Program-made: the position numbers and the translations under genes
Shown here: piece after piece, positions 56,522-64,000 of the stretch
How the letters are laid out: the number at the start of each line of letters is the position of its first letter
Numbering within the stretch: the stretch's first letter is position 1
Notes under the pieces: model-generated
What the model saw: only the letters and a program-made list of their open reading frames with translations
Databases searched by the model: none
What the model was told of the DNA's origin: nothing
Origin: Chrysomallon squamiferum
Lineage: Eukaryota; Animalia; Mollusca
NCBI GenBank assembly: GCA_012295275.1
Contig: CM022668.1
Location: 3,100,001-3,164,000, forward strand
Direction of reading: 5' to 3'
Length of the DNA stretch: 64,000 nucleotides

Positions 56522-57480
56522 GAATATTCTGTTTTGAAAGGTTAAGTTTTAAGTGGATTGTAATAAAGCAGATATTTTTTTTTCTCTTCTCTTTCGTTAT
56601 CTTTGAAAGATATTAAAAATTAGTTTGACTCTTCATCATTTCGTTATTTCGATCTTATAAATGTCAATGTCTCATTCTTTTGTTTGAAGTAAACAGAATT
56701 CTTCTTCATTTAATAAGAAAAGAATATGTGTATGTGATAATTTACACAACTACAATCACCACCACAACGATAAAAGCAGTAACAAAACAACAACGACGAT
56801 CACTATAACAACAAAAATAAAAACAATAACATAGCAATAATGATAATGATGTTGATGATGATGATGACAATGATGATAATGATGATGATTATGATGATGA
56901 TGATGATGATTATGATGATGATGATGATGATGATAATAATAATAATAATAATAATAATAATCTCTGTATGTCTGTATACACCAGTATACACAAACACACC
57001 CACACATTCAGTGAGCTTTGTTTTCTTTGGTAAATCTACTTACTGCTAATGAAAAACAAATATTTGACGTCCAATAGTCGATTATGTGTGTATGTGTGCG
57101 TGCGTGTGTGTGTGTGTGTGTGTGTAAGAAAAAATAATTAGAAAGTTGACACTCAAAGACCTGTAGATGAATTTGTAGCCTAGAGTAACACTTCATAGTT
57201 AGCAATACACTTCATATTTAGTAATGCACTTTATACTTAGTGATACACTTCACAATTTAGTAAAACACTTCATTATTATTAATTACTTCGTATTTAGTGA
57301 TAAACTTCTTACTGCTGTCTGAGATTGTCAAAGCCGTGATCAAAGCCGATCTCTGTGCTTCATCTAGGTTATTTCTCGTTCCAACTATGTGCTCTATGAC
57401 TGATCTATCAACATTCTTTGTCGGTGTTTTTAAAGGAAAACAAACACAACAACAACAACAACAAAAAAAAAGCAACTTAC

Positions 57481-58003
57481 CAGTACTTTTTGAAATGAGC
57501 GCTCGTTTCGAGAAAAAGAAGTGTGAGTTGAGACTCGCCGAAAACAGTCCGCAGCAGACGATAACTGTCACCGCGCGCTTCATGGTGACCCACCCTTGCG
57601 CTTTTAGCGGGAAAACGACGACAATGAACCTCTCCACGGTGACCGCGATAATCAGGATGACGTCAAAGTGAATGGAGAAGTAGAACAGAAAGTTAATGAT
57701 CTTGCAGGAAACGTCATCAAAGATGTGAGCTTCGGGCATTTTTCGGTTGATGTACCAAACGAGGCTGACGCTGAGAATCATCGTGTCCAGGAAGGAAATG
57801 ACGGCCAGGTAGACTGAGATGGTGCTCTTGCGAAAAGAGGTGAACGAAAGAACGATAAAGGAAATGACGTTGCCCGGAAGTCCAATGGACACGATGACTG
57901 GGAAGTAGTAGAGGTGAATTTTCAGCGAGATCTGATACTCGAGAAAGTCTTTCAGGGTGTTGTGCGTGGTGTTTGAGATGTAATCACTGAAATTCGATGC
58001 CAT
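57481..58003 (-). CDS. GPCR paralog 5, exon 1 (TM1-TM4)
   Basis: Acceptor atttcAG (58035-58034), ATG at 58003 (MASNFSDY). Motifs DFLEY, GLPGN, ISFLD and ERF. Donor G|GTAAGT, phase 1. Confidence 0.9.
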
Positions 58004-58037
58004 CACGTTGTTGACGTCGTGTGACAGTTGTGACTGA

Positions 58038-58182
<145 letters not shown>

Positions 58183-58183
58183 G

Positions 58184-58214
<31 letters not shown>

Positions 58215-59077
58215 AATAAAAAATAATAATAGTAATAATAATAATAATAATAATAATATTATAATAATAGTAATGATAATAATAACAATAATAATATTAA
58301 TACTACTACTACTAGTACTACTACTACTACTACTAATAATAATAATAATTATAAGAAAAAGAAGAAGAAGAAGAAGAAGAAGAAGAAGAGGAACACTAAC
58401 AACCACAGCAACAACAGTTATAATAATCCTAACTGAAATAACGACAACAACAATAACAACAATATCTACTGCAAAAACTATAACAATTATAACAATAGCA
58501 GTAATCCTTATTTTCTTTTAGCTTAGAGAGAAGAAACCAGCAAGCGAAAGGTGATTTATTTATTATTACGTACCCATAGATACGGAAACAGATACGAATG
58601 TCTTTGATAAATATATGGGAAGGTGCATATTACAATTTACTTACTGCTAATTGAGAAAGAGTAATCACTGCTTGCCTATAATGTTTTTTTTCTGGGGATC
58701 CTCTCTTTTTTATTCTTTTCTTTTTCTTTGTTAATAATAAAGTACAGCTATATATATATATATATATAATCACTGAGGACAGCGATGTCAACGATTTACC
58801 GTCATGATTTTAATCATCAGTAATGGATTGTTGTCAAAGATTTCTAACATATCTGTCTTTTCACATTTCTACTTTTATATACTCAAGCATGAAACGTGAC
58901 TTCATATGCACTAAACAAACGGAAAATGCTAGCATTAACTTCCCATCGGGGAAACCAATATAATAATAATAATAATTATTGTTATTATCTAAATGTACTA
59001 CTACTTGTTACAGAGTATTATGATTTTCTCAATTAAGTGATATTTAGACAACAATTATTGAAATATTATATATCTTA

Positions 59078-59170
<93 letters not shown>

Positions 59171-59882
59171 CACACATACTTATATAAGCTAATGTATGAC
59201 AAATGTATGCTCTGGCCATAGCAACTGAGCTATTGCACTGGACTGTTTTTATTAGCTGATTTTTTGGCGTATCTTTGATACACACACATGCAGATATATA
59301 TAATTTCTATACATACTTACATATAATAATACAACAGATAGATAGATAGATAGATATATATATAGATATAGGCATACACACACAGATAGATATATAGATA
59401 GATATAGGCATACATATACACACACATATTCATACATACGTAAGAACAACGTAACATATAGTGATATATATGTGATATTTATATGATTATTACTTATTAT
59501 GTCAGAAATGGTTAACGATATTTTGCGATATCTATATTAACGATGAACCCTAATTACTTTGGGATAATAATCAATTTTAATGTCGATATTGCCATCATTT
59601 TCAATATCATGCAAGGTGAACGACTGATTTTAACATATTTATATAACATAATGATTGGTTTTAATATCTGTTTTTTAGTAGGTCAATACTGGAAAGATAC
59701 GAGCGTGTTAACGATTTTGGAGAGAAACGAGTGATCGACAGTGAAACTAAATATAATTGATAAATAGAGAGGTAGACAAGTAAAGGTCGACTGATTGGAG
59801 TTAGAGACTGGTTAGGCAGATAGATAAACAGACACAGACAGGAAGCAAGAGAGAGATTATGACAAATTACTAACAAAGAGGT

Positions 59883-60016
<134 letters not shown>

Positions 60017-60258
60017 GAGAGAGATGAACGAGAGCGAGAAAGAGACAGGAATGACAAATGGAGGAAATTAGAGACAGTTTGAGAAATATTAAAATTACAG
60101 ATAAACAAGCAGAGAGCCAAACAAACGGAAAATAAAAAATAATAAAAAAGAAAAGAAAAGAAAAGATGTATAAGTTAAAACCTCCATGATGCAATCACGT
60201 AAAATTGTTTAAAACAGTACCTCAATTACAAAAATTAAAAAAAAAAAAAGTCAAATAA

Positions 60259-60294
<36 letters not shown>

Positions 60295-61065
60295 ATATAT
60301 ATACTTGAAGACCTTAGTATAACCTGTTACATAATAAGATTCATACTTATATAACCTTTCAGATAAGTAAAACATTCTTACCTCCTTCTCTTACCTTGAG
60401 CAACTGCTCCCGAAAGTCCATCATTTACGTATTTATACGTACAGTAAGTATATACATACATACACGGTGTATTCAGTGACCTACTATTTCATACATAAAA
60501 TAACCCACATTACAGATAATTCCAGTTAATGGTTTGTGTTAATCAAATAGCGATAGGTGAAAAACCCATAATTTTCTTTGCCCATCCCATCTAACAAGAT
60601 TCTCAGTGTTTGCTCTGTTTCTTTTTCCTTGTTGTCAGTATTATTTCTTCAGTTTAATTATCGATTGTCTCTCGCTGGCTTTCAAGAAGCATTCGAGTAC
60701 TCGGCCGAGTGCATACCGTTGTTTGGCCACCGTTTGTTCGGAGAAGCCTTAAGACGCTAAACCAATGTCTCATGGCAGATCTGTTTGTTATGTCAAATCC
60801 TTCTGTTATGCGAAATCTTGCAGTTTTGAATTTTCTCAAACTATATGCAAGTCTTGTATATTTTGTAGAGTTCTAATTTTGTGCTATGTTCACAGGGTTA
60901 AACGTGATGAAGTATAATATGTATGTCCTTTTTACTTTCAGAAGGCTGTGGCGTTATGTTTGTAAACGACCCTTGGATTTCATTTTAATTAAATGAAAAG
61001 GATAGAACGAACCGATATATGTGCATATGTATGTAAGTGTGTATGTATGTATGTATGTATGTATG

Positions 61066-61099
<34 letters not shown>

Positions 61100-61248
61100 T
61101 GTATGCATGTGTATATTTTTTTCTTTATAAGTAATGAGTATTGTAGAATTAGTATTATAAATATATGTATATGTCTATGTGTGTATGTACGTTTTTATGT
61201 ATGCGTGTGAATGTGTTTGTGTCTCTCTCTTCCTCTTTCTCTCTCTCA

Positions 61249-61285
<37 letters not shown>

Positions 61286-61288
<3 letters not shown>

Positions 61289-61901
61289 GGTGGCCCAGAT
61301 GTAACCGAACCTGAATTGTTATGAAAAGTTACAGTTAAATGAAACAAATTTTATTTCATATAGTTACAGCAAATGTTCAAAAGAAGCACGTCTCTGGGAT
61401 TTGCGAGGGCTGTTGACGTTTGATGATGCTACTAATTCCTGGTTGGCACCAGGTTTACACGCGTCGGCGACGTTGCCAGTTCGTTTGAATTTTTGTACCA
61501 ATTCGTAGATTGACGATTTTGGTGGAGGTGGTGTATCAAACGATTCATTCCAATGATCAATAACATTTTTATAACTCCTCTCCGACAAATAATAACTTTT
61601 AACAGCATGAATACGTTCTTCCAATTTTAAAGTGCGTCGTGTGTTGGCCATGTCTGTTAAATGAAAGAGGGCGATAAAAATGATAAAACGAAGACTATCA
61701 AAGAAGAAGGTTCCCGTCCTCTCTTAAATAGGCTTTGCAACACTTTCAGTGGTGATGACGAAACCGGTTAACACAGCCATGCACGTGAAGTCTCTTTACC
61801 AGTTCTCCCTGATATCGATCGATTCGGTATTTCGTGAAGCAGACTTGAAATCAGTGATCATCGATTGAGCTTTCGGGTTCGGTTACATCCAGGCCAGCCT
61901 G
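61286..61901 (-). mobile_element. Internally deleted Tc1/mariner-type DNA transposon (616 bp)
   Basis: 26-bp TIRs CAGGGTGGCCCAGATGTAACCGAACC and CAGGCTGGCCTGGATGTAACCGAACC (23/26 match), with TA at the right flank. ORF 61651-61364 encodes only the N-terminal HTH (DUF4817-like: PPPKSSIYELVQKFKRTGNVAD); there is no DDE domain. Confidence 0.85.
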
Positions 61902-62065
61902 TATGTGTGTGTGCGTATATATATATATATATATATATTCACATTTTTATGAACTTCTGATTACACTGCGCAAGAGGACAAAGTCCAGTCACGACCTCAC
62001 AAACCTGTCTGATGCCGCTGACGAGACTCGAACATTCGCTTATACCGCATAACAGGACGACAACG

Positions 62066-62124
<59 letters not shown>

Positions 62125-62460
62125 TGTGTGTGTGTGTGTGTGTGTGTGCTTAATATGAGACACTATTTTATTATTATAACTTGTATACTTGTATGTATGT
62201 CTGCATGTATATTGGTGTATGTTTATTTGCGTATATGCATGTATTTGTTTATGTGTTTATGTACGTATGTATATATATGTATGTATATATATGTATGTGT
62301 GTATGCATATGCATGTATATGTTTGTATGTATATATGTATGTATATGTACATATGTGCGTATAAATGTATGTTGCTTTGTTGTCTATATTTACTAGAAAC
62401 TGGTAATTATGTGAAGATTTTACTTTTTTTGTATGAGAAAATAAGAGTTGAGATGTTTAA

Positions 62461-62515
<55 letters not shown>

Positions 62516-62690
62516 GTAATAATAATAATAATAGTTGTTGTTATTGTTAATATTACTACTGCCACTAACAATAAAAACAGCGCACCACAACCACACAACT
62601 ACTACTACTACTACCACTTCAACTTCTGCTACTATTTTAATTATCACCACCATCACCACTACTATTTCTACTGCTGCTGCTATTACTACT

Positions 62691-62721
<31 letters not shown>

Positions 62722-64000
62722 TACTACTAGTAGTACTACTACCACTACTACTATTACTACTACTACTACTATTACTACTACTACTGCTACAATTTTAATT
62801 TCGGAATTCAAATAACTTCGGACAATTTCAGGTTTCATATCTGACATTGCGATGATTTGACGTATATTGTATGACGTCATTCGCACGTTGTTCACATGGT
62901 ATGATAAATGTCGATATCAGGTTTGAAGTTAAAATTGCACGGAAACTGGATCACAAAGTCTGCTAAAAAAAAACCCAGGTAGTTCTTACTAAGAAACACC
63001 AAACGTGTATATATTTAATTTATTTAATTTTGATTTAGTACAATGCAGTTTGAGAAGAATGAATGAAACACGTACATGATATTGATGACATTTTATTGGT
63101 TTATCTATTTTTGTTTTAATATTTATAATTCGTTATGCATATTTATCTTTACAGAGAATTCTAAATATTCTGTTTATTTATTTATTTATTTATTTATTAC
63201 AATTTTTGTTGTTCTTTCTGTTTCTGTTCTTTTCTTTCTATTTATGTTTTTATTATCATTAACATTATATATTACTGTGTATTGCTGTTGTTCTTTCTTC
63301 CTTTCTTTCTTTCTTTATTTTTATTAACATATTTCACACAGATTTAAGAATTATATTAATATCACTGCGATTCTTTATTATTGCATTAAATGTGATAGAA
63401 ATCTTCTTTCAGCAAAAAAAAAAAAAAAATTAAGTGCGGAACTTCAACTGTAAAAAGAGGGATGTAACATCAAATTTGGACAATAAACTATATGATATAC
63501 ATATGTGTGTGTGTGTCTGTGTGTAGGTGTGTATGTGTGCGTGTGTGAGCGTGTGTATGTCTTAATTCAAATACGTATCATGTTAATTCTGTACGATTTT
63601 TTTTGAATCCATAACTCCGTTAAAGCTGCATTGATATTATCCAAATATAAATAATAGTTTTACGACTGTTTGAAGATGATGTTGACTTCAAATCACGTGT
63701 CCACTTTTCCGGAACAACAACGGCGACCTAACGATCCCAACGAAAATTATTACATAAAGTGGTAAGAATATTTGTTTATTTGTTTGTTTATTTAATATTC
63801 AGTAATAACTACGAGCTGTTTTACTTATCATCATCATCATCATCATCGCCTTCTTCTTCATTATTATTATTGTTAATGTTCATCATCATCATCATTATCA
63901 TCACTGTCTTCTTCATTACTGTTGTTGTTGTTGTTATGTTCATCGTCATCGTCGTCTTTTTCTTCATTATTATTATTGTTATTGTTGTTGCTATGTTAAT

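Overview
Eukaryotic, very AT-rich and microsatellite-saturated animal DNA. It is probably a mollusc (gastropod-like); this is inferred from the gene families and repeat style only. Seven intron-containing genes can be assembled by hand with consistent GT-AG sites and phases. (1) A two-coding-exon type II membrane SGNH/PC-esterase (TBL/CASD1/NXPE-like) O-acyltransferase/esterase at 2924-5182 (+). (2) A 12-Cys, two-repeat, probably GPI-anchored surface protein at 9713-12141 (-), whose first exon is unresolved. (3-7) A tandem cluster of five intact class A GPCRs of the FMRFamide-receptor-like/Srw-type invertebrate expansion, in orientation + - - + -, all with a phase-1 intron in the same ECL2 Gly codon. 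Most notable: four of the five receptors have Asp at position 3.39 in addition to D2.50, and the fifth has Asn at both 3.39 and 7.39. Two minisatellites have each amplified a real exon/5' splice-site junction into an array of donor sites. Also present: a decayed MULE transposase, a Tc1/mariner deletion derivative, MITEs, SINE fragments and several minisatellites. Most ORFs in the supplied track are microsatellite or antisense artefacts.
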